Positions 39,533 through 49,743 of a stretch of 64,000 nt of DNA are shown here, one piece after another (position 1 is the stretch's first letter; every line of letters begins with the position of its first letter). The DNA comes from a virus (taxonomy: Duplodnaviria > Heunggongvirae > Uroviricota > Caudoviricetes), in the IMG/VR virus record IMGVR_UViG_3300031998_000020. One strand, 5' to 3'. The notes below the pieces were generated by a model, which was not told where the DNA came from, did no database searches, and was given only the letters and a program-made list of their open reading frames with translations. Made by a program: the position numbers and the translations under genes.

Positions 39533-41146
39533 TTATTGACATGTATAAAATTTGAATGATTTGAAGTCACCTATGAAGGTGCCAGCAAAATGGCTTTCAA
39601 GTGGGTAAACTTCTGTTGGATTGAGCATATAGTGCGGAAGGATGGTTTCAGCAAGGCCCTGAGTGCCACCACCGAGAGAAATGTTATATGCCACACCTTC
39701 CTCTTTTTCGTCAAGTTCATCAAGTTCGTGGAGGTTAAGCTTTGGTAATTCCCTTGTTACGTATTTCAGCTTATCGTTTACGTAGAAGTAGAGTTTCATG
39801 ACTTCCTCGGAAGACTTAATCTTAACGTTTATCTTGGTCCATTCTCCTGTTTTCACCATATTTGGGAATGAGGCACCGCTTATAACAGCATAGTGACCGT
39901 CGTTATCTGCCTCACAATCCTTAATAAGATACCTATATCCCACACTACCATCCTCGTTTATGACAAATGCAAGTGCATTCTCGTATATATCCTTGTAGAA
40001 TGATTCATAGATGTCAAACGACCAGTCATCGGTGTACATATTTAAGGCTTCGGGTGCTGTGACACCTGTAGGTGTGTGATTGAAGAAAAGGAACGAGTTT
40101 TTCCAATGCACATCTACGTATGTGTCTCCTGTTGTATAGCCCGAAGGTATTTGGTGGAGATATGACAGTAGCTTTTCCCACGAAAAACCCTTTTTCCATG
40201 TCAGCATTACTTCTTCATCACCTTGTGCATTATTAGCAGTAAGGCCAGAAGGAGTCCTGTCAAACATAAGAAATTTATTGTCACTAATGAGATATTCGTC
40301 ATTTGCAGATTCAAGTTTAAACCCGTTAGATGTAGTGAATTCCATATCGTCGATAGGAATTTCAGTTTCTATACAATCCTCATCGAGGTATTCGTCACCT
40401 TCTTCTATGTCTTCACAGTCAAGCGTATCGTATACACCATCCTGTTCGAGACTTGTTTCTCCGCTTAACTTATTGTCGTACAAATAAATCCATTTATTCT
40501 CGGCTCTGGTGCCGATATAAAAGAAGATACCTTTATTTTGCGGATATTTGTCGTTCAGTGTCTTATCTGATTCTGGTTCATAGTCTTGGGGTCGCAAAAC
40601 GAATTCAAGGTTCCAGATATCACCATTACGAAGGTCCGAAGGCAGTACCATATAATCATCATCCGAACAGAAGAATCCCTGATAGAATCCTCCGTTTAGC
40701 TTGATAGTACCGTCTTCATTAACGGACATCGGATAGTCGTATTTGTGTGTATTGCCAGAAACGGCATAGAGATGAAGCCTTAAGTCATCATCTGGCAATA
40801 TGTAATGTGTTTTTGTATAGAGGTCATAGAAATCCTTATTAGTGATTTCATCTCTCTCGAACAAAGTGAAGCCATTGTCCATAGAAGTAAGACCGAAATT
40901 CTCAAGGTCTAAGCCATGAGAACACGCCTGAGAGTAGGTATATGCAGAGGTACTTGTAAGTGCCCTGCCACTAACACACTCAGGAAGGTCAGTGTCTATG
41001 TACGATGCAAGACAATCGTCGTATAATTCGAGTCCCTTAAACTTATAACTCCCCAGACTGTCGTGATTGACCACGAAGTCCCAATAGTCTTCCTCATCAA
41101 GAAGAAGGGCAAGTCTTGGAAAGTTATTTTGTGTGTAATTTGACAT
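39533..41146 (-). CDS. LamG/concanavalin A-like domain structural protein
   Basis: C-terminal WTKINV...LYFYVND...ISLGGG...FIGDFKSFKFY; start ATG 41146 (MSNYTQ) 15 nt after TATTTATA. Confidence 0.7.
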   Translation of the reverse strand: MSNYTQNNFPRLALLLDEEDYWDFVVNHDSLGSYKFKGLELYDDCLASYIDTDLPECVSGRALTSTSAYTYSQACSHGLDLENFGLTSMDNGFTLFERDEITNKDFYDLYTKTHYILPDDDLRLHLYAVSGNTHKYDYPMSVNEDGTIKLNGGFYQGFFCSDDDYMVLPSDLRNGDIWNLEFVLRPQDYEPESDKTLNDKYPQNKGIFFYIGTRAENKWIYLYDNKLSGETSLEQDGVYDTLDCEDIEEGDEYLDEDCIETEIPIDDMEFTTSNGFKLESANDEYLISDNKFLMFDRTPSGLTANNAQGDEEVMLTWKKGFSWEKLLSYLHQIPSGYTTGDTYVDVHWKNSFLFFNHTPTGVTAPEALNMYTDDWSFDIYESFYKDIYENALAFVINEDGSVGYRYLIKDCEADNDGHYAVISGASFPNMVKTGEWTKINVKIKSSEEVMKLYFYVNDKLKYVTRELPKLNLHELDELDEKEEGVAYNISLGGGTQGLAETILPHYMLNPTEVYPLESHFAGTFIGDFKSFKFYTCQ

Positions 41147-41181
41147 TAAGTTTTCTTTTCCTATAAATAGAGAGAGAGTAG

Positions 41182-41218
41182 AAAAAAGAAACCCCAAAGA
41201 ACTGAATCCTTGGGGTTT
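41182..41218 (-). terminator. Intrinsic terminator
   Basis: AAACCCCAAG / CTTTGGGGTTT stem plus T tract on the minus strand. Confidence 0.7.
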
Positions 41219-41223
41219 ATAAA

Positions 41224-41373
41224 CTACTGAATAGTATCAGTAACGATAGTGTCAACTGTGTCATTGATTACTGTATCAAGTGTGTCTGATACTACGTCAC
41301 CTGTGACCTGGTTGCCACAACTTGCAAAGGCAAGAGCTACCATGCCGAATGCAACAAACAAAATCTTTTTCAT
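41224..41373 (-). CDS. 49-aa lipopeptide with five D-T-(L/V/I) motifs
   Basis: Hand translation MKKILFVAFGMVALAFAS-CGNQVTGDVVSDTLDTVINDTVDTIVTDTIQ; lipobox FAS-C; not in ORF track. Confidence 0.8.
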   Translation of the reverse strand: MKKILFVAFGMVALAFASCGNQVTGDVVSDTLDTVINDTVDTIVTDTIQ

Positions 41374-41383
41374 TTTATGTTTT

Positions 41384-42535
41384 TTAATTAAATCCAATTG
41401 AATCCTTATTAGTTATATTCTCATTTCCATTGTCAGTAGTCGCATTATATACGTCACACAGTGGCATTGCTTCCGCTTTCTCTGGGTCAAGACCTTGCTT
41501 AATAAATAGTTTGGCAACTTTATCTTTAGCAAGAGGCTTGAATTCATACATGACTTTCATTCTACCCTTACGGAACAACGCTTTGTCTATTGCCTGTAAA
41601 TCGGTATTGAAAGTACAGATAAACTTCAACTTCAATGAGTCACCGAGCATACCATCAGAGATAGAGAGAAGGCTCTGCATTGCAGGATTATGAGCCTCGT
41701 CCCTTGATTTTAAGAGGCTTTCAGAATCCTCAAGAATAAATACTGCATTCTTACATGAAACAAGAAACTCCACGAAAGTAGATGTATCAATATAGCCGAA
41801 CAATGATGAATCAAGCCAATAGAACTTGATATCAGGATTTTCAGATATAAGATGTCTAATATAAGAAGTCTTTCCTGTACCAGGTACACCGTGAAGTATT
41901 ATAAGAGAGGAAGACTCGTCATGAATGGCATCAACGATTTTCTCGTGAACTGGATATAAGCTGTCATTATAATTTTCCTCGAAGCCACCTTTTGGAGCAA
42001 TGTCCATATAATGGGTGTCAATGTAACCTCGTGTATCTCTCAAGACATATCTGATTCGAGGCTTTTCCTCCTTATATACCCTACAGTCAAGCATTTTCTG
42101 TGGGAATTTAGGCTGGCTGAGATAGAACGTACAATTAAAGTAAACGAATTCATCATGGAAAATAAGACAGGACAGCAACTGTTGTGATGATTTAATATCT
42201 AAAACAACACACTCTGGGTACGCCTTAACAATATTAGCAAGAGTTTTATTAAGGTCAACACGGGCTAGTCTATCCTTAAAGTTTTCTTGGTCAACTTCAT
42301 CGTAATAAGGACGTGAGTCATCATAATCCATATCACACGAAGATTCACCTTGCTCTATGATATATCCATCCTGATTGTCCTCAGTGAGAACGCACATGAA
42401 TGGTAGTTTGTTTCCTAATTCCTGCGTAACGAATCTTTCAACAAGCCTTTGCAAGGAATAAGTGATGTTTTCATCATGAAGATTAGCAAGATAATCCTCA
42501 CCCAACTTTTGTCGTATTTCTACTTCTGTATACAT
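41384..42535 (-). CDS. AAA+ ATPase (BCS1-like)
   Basis: LHGVPGTGKT, ILEDSE, FICTFN, ALFRKGR. Confidence 0.85.
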   Translation of the reverse strand: MYTEVEIRQKLGEDYLANLHDENITYSLQRLVERFVTQELGNKLPFMCVLTEDNQDGYIIEQGESSCDMDYDDSRPYYDEVDQENFKDRLARVDLNKTLANIVKAYPECVVLDIKSSQQLLSCLIFHDEFVYFNCTFYLSQPKFPQKMLDCRVYKEEKPRIRYVLRDTRGYIDTHYMDIAPKGGFEENYNDSLYPVHEKIVDAIHDESSSLIILHGVPGTGKTSYIRHLISENPDIKFYWLDSSLFGYIDTSTFVEFLVSCKNAVFILEDSESLLKSRDEAHNPAMQSLLSISDGMLGDSLKLKFICTFNTDLQAIDKALFRKGRMKVMYEFKPLAKDKVAKLFIKQGLDPEKAEAMPLCDVYNATTDNGNENITNKDSIGFN

Positions 42536-42605
42536 TAAACAAAAAATTAATCTAATGCAAAGTTATGCCTTTTTTTTGACATAAGAAAACAAATCTTAAT
42601 CTTTT

Positions 42606-43025
42606 TTAAGAAAAAATTTGATTTTTGTTCTTTTGCACAAGAATATCCTCAAAACCCCTCTCTTTAAGAGACTGATTAAACCATTTAAGGAACTCCTGAT
42701 ACTGCTTAGATGTCAGTATATCCTTAACATAGAGTAATTCGTAGTCAATGGCATTGCAGATTAATTCATACTGTTTGTTCTTGTCGGAAACGATAGATGC
42801 CTTTGTCATCCGCTTACAAAACTCACTATGTATCTCAAGAATATCGTATGTCTTGAACTTGTCGATGTTGAGCTTATCTGATAACTTGTCTTCTGACAAC
42901 TCAAAATTGAAGTTCCTCACATCCTTTAGGATTATTGCTGACTTAACGTCAAACATGCTGGAATTATGTGCTGACATTGCTGTGAAACAAAACACAGTCA
43001 ATGCAAATATCAATAAATGTTTCAT
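42606..43025 (-). CDS. Secreted helical protein of a host-like (Prevotella-type) family
   Basis: Sec signal MKHLLIFALTVFCFTAMSA; helical mature region ending QYQEFLKWFNQSLKERGF. Family resemblance recalled, not searched. Confidence 0.6.
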   Translation of the reverse strand: MKHLLIFALTVFCFTAMSAHNSSMFDVKSAIILKDVRNFNFELSEDKLSDKLNIDKFKTYDILEIHSEFCKRMTKASIVSDKNKQYELICNAIDYELLYVKDILTSKQYQEFLKWFNQSLKERGFEDILVQKNKNQIFS

Positions 43026-43060
43026 TTTTGACTTTTACCTTTTTAATAAATCATCCCGAA

Positions 43061-43156
43061 TTAGATGATAGCAATCCAACTTGCTATCATCATACCAAAT
43101 GTACCGAGAGTGATGCCAATTGCCTCAACTTTCTCGTTTTTAATGAACTTTTTCAT
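43061..43156 (-). CDS. 31-aa single-TM peptide
   Basis: Hand translation MKKFIKNEKVEAIGITLGTFGMMIASWIAII. Confidence 0.5.
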   Translation of the reverse strand: MKKFIKNEKVEAIGITLGTFGMMIASWIAII

Positions 43157-43371
43157 AACTTTTACTTTATTTACTATAACTTTATTACTTTTTTACTATT
43201 TTTAAGGCATTGTGTGCCCACACAATTTATAAGTGTGTTATAATGCCTACCATTTTACTGGCTGCTTTCATATAATATATATGCTATAGTAAGGGGTTTT
43301 TCAATGTTTTCAGAGGGTATTTTGCAAAACAGTGCTTATTTTTGACATGCATCAAATAGGGGATAAAAAAA

Positions 43372-43400
43372 CTGCCCAACGTTATCACAACATGAGGCAG
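43372..43400 (-). terminator. Terminator hairpin with GTTNTCACAAC core (Bacteroidota-type intergenic hairpin)
   Basis: CTGCC...GTTATCACAAC...GGCAG with A tract on the plus-strand 5' side, downstream of 43485..43931. Confidence 0.6.
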
Positions 43401-43484
43401 CCAGCTAGTATAGTTAAAAAAGTAAAAGTTCTATTATAAATATGCTTAAATCTTACCTTATATTCAAAAATGGTTGATTTTCAG

Positions 43485-43931
43485 CTATTTTTTGTGGTGT
43501 CCTCTATGTGGGGTAGGTCTTGGACCGCCCATGTGTGGCCTATGACTGACATGAGGTCTTGCAACTGGTGGTCGATGACCATGAGGCCTATGAATATAAT
43601 GAGGCCTACGAACTACATGAGGTCTGTGGATGTATCGTGGGTGACTTACATGGTAGGTAACAAACTCTCGTGGTGCTGCCAGAGGTTCTATTAAGTACCT
43701 TTGCTCAACAGGGATAAGCCTGTAGTGCCAAGAATTATTAGCATAGAAACGGCAGTAAGGTACACCTTCTACATAGACTACAGGATAGTCCTGGTAGATG
43801 TAATAGTAGCTTGTAAGACTACCGAGTTCGGTTTCAAGAGTGGCACCGACAGTGACCTGTGCATAACTTCCACAGGATGTGAGCAACATAGTTGCCACGA
43901 AAAGCATAATGGTTAAAATCTTGTTCTTCAT
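43485..43931 (-). CDS. Lipoprotein with His/Pro/Arg-rich tail
   Basis: Lipobox LLTS-C; C-terminal HRPH repeats. Confidence 0.8.
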   Translation of the reverse strand: MKNKILTIMLFVATMLLTSCGSYAQVTVGATLETELGSLTSYYYIYQDYPVVYVEGVPYCRFYANNSWHYRLIPVEQRYLIEPLAAPREFVTYHVSHPRYIHRPHVVRRPHYIHRPHGHRPPVARPHVSHRPHMGGPRPTPHRGHHKK

Positions 43932-44017
43932 AATGATTAATTTTTATCTCTTTACTATAAAGACGTTTTAGAAACCATTTAATTTTCAGATTTTCCCTAT
44001 TATGCCATAGGATTTCC

Positions 44018-44242
44018 CTATTTCTCCATTTCCTCAAAATTACACATCACATAGCCACTGGTAATATCAGTATAACGATGATAATCACCAGGGGCGTAAT
44101 CTTTTTGAGGTCCCTCAACAGGAGGGCCGACATGATATCTGCATTCAGCAGCACACTCATGTTCGCCCACATTTGATTTAAATCCGTATGGACAAGGTGT
44201 AAGATAATCACACCATGTTCTTTCATAATTTATCTGTTTCAC
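44018..44242 (-). CDS. Small Cys-rich hypothetical protein
   Basis: CDYLTPCP...ECAAEC...MC. Confidence 0.6.
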   Translation of the reverse strand: MKQINYERTWCDYLTPCPYGFKSNVGEHECAAECRYHVGPPVEGPQKDYAPGDYHRYTDITSGYVMCNFEEMEK

Positions 44243-44745
44243 TGTGTTTTGCCTTTTTTGTTAATAATAATTTCTGCTTCTTTATTAAGTAATGCCTCTC
44301 TTACCTTGTCGGCGAAGGCTCCAGAGAGTAGTTTTGCACTTGATGCTCCCTTGGTCACGAGATTCTGGATTCGGACCACTTGGAGTTCAGGATAATTACT
44401 CAAGTCCTCCTTATCTATTGGCTCATGAAATGAATGGTCTCCAACGACAAAGAATAGATAGTAGTTATAAATACTTTCAAAATCGTTCTCATAAACCTCT
44501 TCATGAATACAGTCAGGTGTCAATAAATGGAGAATCTGAGATTTGTATCCGTAATACTTCTGCTCATTAGCGAGTGCCGAGTTAAACCAAGCATAGGAAT
44601 TGGGGCTATAAGAATGCTTGTACTGCCTTTTCTTGTCTCTCCAGTTCTTAGCCCTCTTGTTATAGGAAAAGAGAACATCACACAACATCTGTTCGGTGAC
44701 GATACCCTTTTCAAGGTTGTCGATATATGATTTAGGTGTTCTCAT
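44239..44745 (-). CDS. Hypothetical protein (YkyB-like motifs)
   Basis: FSYNKRAKNWRD and YYLFFVVGDHSFHEP. Confidence 0.5.
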   Translation of the reverse strand: MRTPKSYIDNLEKGIVTEQMLCDVLFSYNKRAKNWRDKKRQYKHSYSPNSYAWFNSALANEQKYYGYKSQILHLLTPDCIHEEVYENDFESIYNYYLFFVVGDHSFHEPIDKEDLSNYPELQVVRIQNLVTKGASSAKLLSGAFADKVREALLNKEAEIIINKKGKTQ

Positions 44746-45175
44746 GGCTGTTTAACGGTTTAATCGTGTGAGTAGTACCACAATACTGGCAGATTGTGCT
44801 GGCTTGCTGGGCTATGTCATCAATCAGGTTGCCAAGTGTGTGTGGTCGAAAGTTCAGTGATACATCAAGTTGACCATTATTGCTGAATACACGTCTAACC
44901 TGTATCTTCTCAACATGGGTTTCATCGGCATTATATTCGTCAATATAGTCGAATATTGACTGTAGCAACGGGAACCAGAATGGGCCACATTCCAATCCGA
45001 AGATATCAAAGTGTGTCTCCATCGGGGTCTCCATCTTAATGAATTGACAAGGTTCAAGCTTCTTTGTGGAATCCAACCTCTCATAGTAGTCTACCAGATT
45101 GGTCTGTAGGTTGTAATCCCCCCAAATATGGTAGTCCTTATTAGTCAATACATTATGAACATAATATTTCTTCAT
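44732..45175 (-). CDS. Hypothetical phage protein with C-terminal CxxC
   Basis: ECGPFW...ASTICQYCG. Confidence 0.6.
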   Translation of the reverse strand: MKKYYVHNVLTNKDYHIWGDYNLQTNLVDYYERLDSTKKLEPCQFIKMETPMETHFDIFGLECGPFWFPLLQSIFDYIDEYNADETHVEKIQVRRVFSNNGQLDVSLNFRPHTLGNLIDDIAQQASTICQYCGTTHTIKPLNSHENT

Positions 45176-45376
45176 AACAATATAATTTTAATCTATTAAA
45201 ATATATAGTCTGAAGACTGATTTCCAAAAATCGTGACAAAATTAAGGATTTTTCTTGATATAACCAAATAATTTCTTTAGTTTAACGATTTTTAGCAAAA
45301 AAAGTCTTAAAAAGTTTTGGTATATCAGTTTTTTTTTATAACTTTGCAGATGTAAACTCTTAAAATTATTATTAAT

Positions 45377-45901
45377 ATGGTAAAATTCAGTTATTATAAC
45401 AACGACAAGTCATTAGATAGAGTTTGGTTCGATTCATCCAATGTTTATTATGGAGAATGCGATGATAGCTCTAACAATCAATATAAGACAGTCAGAATCG
45501 TTTTCAAGAACGGTCTGATGTATCAATATAATAATGTATTGATTACAGACTGGCTTGATTTCAAGCATGCTCAGTCACAAGGCAAAGCCGTCAGGGAAAT
45601 TCTCATGGCAAGGGGTTATGAATATTCTAAGCTTGACCACAGAGCCGACATTGAGGGGCTTGAGACTATAGCCGACAAAATCCAAAACAAGGTTGTTACC
45701 ATTGAACTGAGAAAGGATGACGGTTACTTGGTAGCAACTGATTTCAACGAGAAGGTGATTAGCGAGATAGACTTCAAGGCATATGACCATGAGGATGTAC
45801 AATATCTCCTTATCAGGGACATTGTGGCACTATTGAAGAACGTAGGTTACAGCGTTAAGCTGTCTTCGGACTTAGAAGATAAATTCCCGATAAAAGACTA
45901 G
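45377..45901 (+). CDS. KTSC-domain protein
   Basis: DSSNV...IVFKNGLMYQYNNV...AQSQGK; promoter TTTG 45316 / TAACTTTG 45339. Confidence 0.75.
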   Translation: MVKFSYYNNDKSLDRVWFDSSNVYYGECDDSSNNQYKTVRIVFKNGLMYQYNNVLITDWLDFKHAQSQGKAVREILMARGYEYSKLDHRADIEGLETIADKIQNKVVTIELRKDDGYLVATDFNEKVISEIDFKAYDHEDVQYLLIRDIVALLKNVGYSVKLSSDLEDKFPIKD

Positions 45902-45903
45902 CA

Positions 45904-46128
45904 ATGTTTGTACCGACAAAAAGCTGCCTCAACATAGTATCAGTCATTCTGGTGCTACAGTTGATTACCATACTCATCAATATCCTTGGCTGGGTTGATT
46001 GGAGTATAATATGGATTCTAGCACCGTTATGGCTACCCTGGGTGCTCTTGGGTTTTTCCGTGTGCTACATCAAACTGTTTGCCATATTATTATATGGCTT
46101 ACACCCTGAGAATAATTTTATTAAATAA
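45904..46128 (+). CDS. Small membrane protein
   Basis: Hydrophobic, IDW/VDW-type [11 protein letters not shown] motif. Confidence 0.65.
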   Translation: MFVPTKSCLNIVSVILVLQLITILINILGWVDWSIIWILAPLWLPWVLLGFSVCYIKLFAILLYGLHPENNFIK

Positions 46129-46139
46129 GTAGTAATCAA

Positions 46140-47207
46140 GTGAATAACGTAGACGAACAATATCTCAACACATTAAGGGAGGTTCTTAATTACGGGTATT
46201 ACAAGGATACCAGGAGTGGTGAAGTGTATTCCCGATTTGGTATGTCAATGAGATTCAACCTTCAAGAAGGTTTCCCTGTACTTACCACTAAGAAGATGTT
46301 TACAAGGGGATTCATCCACGAACTCTTATGGTTTTTGAAGGGTGATACCAATATCAAATACCTTGTTGATAACAACGTAAATTTCTGGACTCCAGATGCT
46401 TACAGATTCTTCAATGAACTTGTTAACAAAAATGACAGCATACTTGAAGTAGAGACACCTCGGATAACCCAGGAAGAATTCGTTGAAAGCGTGAAAAGTC
46501 AGAGGAAGATGAAGCTGGCTGTCAAGATTAACGAGAATGGTAATCCCGTCTATAAGTATTACACTTTTGGCGATATGGGTGACATCTATGGTAAGCAATG
46601 GAGGCATTGGGGTAATAGGGATTTCGACCAAATCAGAATGATTATCAATACCCTCAAGAAGAATCCGAATGACAGAAGACTTCTGTTGACTGGTTACAAT
46701 CCAGAGATAATAAAGGAAATAGCACTTCCACCTTGCCATACACTCTATCAGTTCTATGCAAGACCATTAAATAAGATGGAAAGGCTTGATTGGTGTCAGA
46801 AGCACATTGAAGGCACAGAAGAATGGGTTTACCCGACAGACGAAAAAATGGACGAATTGAATGTGCCAAAGTATGCACTTAGCCTCTGGTTCTCATGTCG
46901 TTCACAGGATTTGCCTCTTGGAACACCTGCCAATATCATGTCAGCCAGCCTGTTGGTGTCAATGATTGCACAGTGTGTGAATATGGTGCCAGAGGAAGTA
47001 ATATGGAATGGCGGTGACTGCCATATCTACCACAATCAGATTGACGGTGTCAGAGAACAGCTAACAAGGGACCCTCACAAGTACAACCTCCCTACGTTAT
47101 GGCTAAATCCAGATATCAAGAATATCGATGACTTCACAATAGATGATATCCGAATTGAGGGGTATCAATCTTATGATGCGATTAAAATGCCACTTAGCGT
47201 GGGATAA
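46140..47207 (+). CDS. thyA: Thymidylate synthase ThyA
   Basis: [29 protein letters not shown] (catalytic Cys), RSQD...[12 protein letters not shown]. Confidence 0.95.
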   Translation: MNNVDEQYLNTLREVLNYGYYKDTRSGEVYSRFGMSMRFNLQEGFPVLTTKKMFTRGFIHELLWFLKGDTNIKYLVDNNVNFWTPDAYRFFNELVNKNDSILEVETPRITQEEFVESVKSQRKMKLAVKINENGNPVYKYYTFGDMGDIYGKQWRHWGNRDFDQIRMIINTLKKNPNDRRLLLTGYNPEIIKEIALPPCHTLYQFYARPLNKMERLDWCQKHIEGTEEWVYPTDEKMDELNVPKYALSLWFSCRSQDLPLGTPANIMSASLLVSMIAQCVNMVPEEVIWNGGDCHIYHNQIDGVREQLTRDPHKYNLPTLWLNPDIKNIDDFTIDDIRIEGYQSYDAIKMPLSVG

Positions 47208-47212
47208 ATGTT

Positions 47213-49696
47213 ATGGAGAACAAGCAAGAAACTCACATGCCATATTCCCAAGAACTTGAGGATGTCATGGCATACATGTTTAAGGTCATTGTTGTGGATT
47301 TCAACTTAAAGACTTGTACACCACATGCTCTTTTGTTATCCATGATAGAGGAAAGCGATTGTAACGCTGCTACAATCATGCAGAAATACGCAATGTCCAC
47401 AAACATAATGAAGCTCACGAAGAATCTGGCCCAAACCATTGACTTGACAAACAATGGTTATCATGACAATGGCGCACAATTTGACGATGAGCTGGTTAAT
47501 GTGCTTGCCCAGGCAGAAATTGAGGCAAGGAGGCTTAAATCCCCTGAAATAGGCACACAGCATGTGTTATTAGCACTACTCCATGAGGGTGTGTGCTTCC
47601 CTTGTGGAGAAGAGTTGAGAAAGTATATCAATTACGATATGGTGTTAAGCACCTACAATAACTTACCAAATAAGAGTAAAATGTCAAAAAAACTTCCTAA
47701 GAGGAACCTCACAAACCTTCCGATTCAGTTAAAATCGGCTATCAACCCAGAAATTATCTATTTCGAGAGTTCAACAGAATATCTCGACAAGTACACGACA
47801 AACATCAATGAAATGGTAATGGATGGGAAATGCGAGAACTTGGTCAACAGGCCTAAATTGATGAGTAAAATCATACAGGTCTTGTCAAGAAGAAAGAAGA
47901 ACAATGTCGTACTTGTTGGCAACGGCGGTGTCGGCTCAACATCCCTCGTCCATCTTCTTGCATCACTCATTAATAATGACGAGGTTCCATCCGTACTCAA
48001 AGGCAAGACTATCTACATGCTTGATTCTGTGGCCTTGGTTAGCGGAACCTCACTGAAAGGTATGTTCGAGGAACGAGTTAATGGCCTTTTCAAAGAATTG
48101 ACAGCCAATGAAAACAACATCCTCTTTATCGATAACATGCAGACTGTTGTAAGAAACACAGGTAGAGATAAAGACGGTGACTTAACTGATATCCTCGGTC
48201 CTATTCTGACAGACGGTAAGGTAAGGGTGATTGGCACAATGTCGTTCAAAGACTACCGCAATGGTATAGAGAATGCCCCTGTCCTATCCCATAAGCTACA
48301 GAAAATAGTAGTGGAATCAACGACAGATGAAGAGACATTTGAGATTCTAAAGAATAATAGGAGCCTTTACGAGAAGTATCACCATGTATTATTCTCAGAC
48401 GATTGCCTCCGTAGGATTATCAAGCTCTCAAAGAGGTATATTACAAACAACAACCTTCCAGATTCAGCCATCGACGTAATGGATATTACTGGAGCAAGGA
48501 TGTCAAGAGGTGAGGACACGGCTTTAAGTAAAAGCAAGAAAGACCTCAAAAACATCAATAAGAGGAAAGCAAATGCAGTTGTGCATGGACAGTTTGAGAA
48601 GCTGGACATCTTGAGCAAGAAAGAGTCAAAAATCCTCAAGACAATAGATGAACTTAACCGTAGGTTCGAGAATGACAATAGTTCATGGTACAGTGTCAAT
48701 GAAGAGGATATTGATGACACAGTAGCATCAATGACCGACATTCCAATTGCAAAATTAAAGGCAAGTGACAGGAAGTCTATTCTTAATATTGGAAATATAC
48801 TCAAGCAAGACGTAATCGGCCAAGACGAGGCTATTGAAGAGATTGCCAAGGCTATTAAGCGTAATCGGGCAGGATTCAATGACAAAAACAAGGTTTATGC
48901 TACCTTTATGCTGATTTCACAGACGGGCTGCGGTAAGACCTTGCTTGCAAAGAAACTTGCAGAAAACATCTTCGGAAGTGAGAAAATGCTTGTTAGGTTC
49001 GATATGTCTGAGTACCAAGACAAGACAGCAGTCAATAAGCTTATCGGAAGCTCGGCTGGCTATGTGGGCTATGAGAATGGCGGTTTGCTCACAGAAGCTA
49101 TCAAGAACAAGCCACATTGTGTGCTTCTATTCGACGAGATAGAGAAAGCCGACGAGAGTATCTACAATCTGTTCCTCCAATTGTTTGATGAGGGTAGATT
49201 GACCGATAATAACGGTACTCTGGTAAACTTCAAGAATGTCATTGTAATCATGACATCAAATGTGGGTGCAAAGCAAGTTGCAGAGCTTGGAAAGAATATC
49301 GGTTTCAACGATAATTCAGCACAAAAGCAGAAAAGCATCTTCGACACGTCACTCAAGAGCAAGTTCAACCCTGAGTTCTTGAACAGAATTGACAAGATTA
49401 TCTACCTTAATCCTCTGGATGACAGCAATCTGAAAGCGATTAGCAAAATCGAATTAGATAAGATTGTTGAACGAGTAAAGGAAGAACATGTCAATATTCA
49501 GTATGATGAGTCTGTTGTTGATTTCATCTATAAGAAGGCTGTTGAGCAAAAGGAGTACGGCGCACGACCAATCATGAGAATTATTCAAGATAATATCTCT
49601 GATAAACTCTCAGATTACGTTCTCTGTTCTGAATCTAAAGATGTGACATTCGATGTAACCGTTCAAAATGAGGAAGTTAGGGTTTCTGTAAAGTAA
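47213..49696 (+). CDS. ClpC/ClpA-like AAA+ chaperone with degenerate first nucleotide-binding domain
   Basis: Clp-N repeats (IGTQHVLLALL), NBD1 GNGGVGST/FIDNM, coiled-coil middle region, NBD2 TGCGKT/LFDEIEKA, IGF loop, PEFLNRID, YGARP. Confidence 0.9.
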   Translation: MENKQETHMPYSQELEDVMAYMFKVIVVDFNLKTCTPHALLLSMIEESDCNAATIMQKYAMSTNIMKLTKNLAQTIDLTNNGYHDNGAQFDDELVNVLAQAEIEARRLKSPEIGTQHVLLALLHEGVCFPCGEELRKYINYDMVLSTYNNLPNKSKMSKKLPKRNLTNLPIQLKSAINPEIIYFESSTEYLDKYTTNINEMVMDGKCENLVNRPKLMSKIIQVLSRRKKNNVVLVGNGGVGSTSLVHLLASLINNDEVPSVLKGKTIYMLDSVALVSGTSLKGMFEERVNGLFKELTANENNILFIDNMQTVVRNTGRDKDGDLTDILGPILTDGKVRVIGTMSFKDYRNGIENAPVLSHKLQKIVVESTTDEETFEILKNNRSLYEKYHHVLFSDDCLRRIIKLSKRYITNNNLPDSAIDVMDITGARMSRGEDTALSKSKKDLKNINKRKANAVVHGQFEKLDILSKKESKILKTIDELNRRFENDNSSWYSVNEEDIDDTVASMTDIPIAKLKASDRKSILNIGNILKQDVIGQDEAIEEIAKAIKRNRAGFNDKNKVYATFMLISQTGCGKTLLAKKLAENIFGSEKMLVRFDMSEYQDKTAVNKLIGSSAGYVGYENGGLLTEAIKNKPHCVLLFDEIEKADESIYNLFLQLFDEGRLTDNNGTLVNFKNVIVIMTSNVGAKQVAELGKNIGFNDNSAQKQKSIFDTSLKSKFNPEFLNRIDKIIYLNPLDDSNLKAISKIELDKIVERVKEEHVNIQYDESVVDFIYKKAVEQKEYGARPIMRIIQDNISDKLSDYVLCSESKDVTFDVTVQNEEVRVSVK

Positions 49697-49743
49697 TCTT
49701 CTACAAATAAGCCTTTGAAGTATTTATATAAAAAGGTAATAGA

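Noticed and set aside
43381-43391. GTTATCACAAC as anti-repeat/tracrRNA or solitary repeat (10/11 match to the repeat 3' end)
   Set aside because: Match is short, lies 10 kb from the array, and is the core of a terminator hairpin of a common Bacteroidota type; no Cas9/Cas12 gene in the window.
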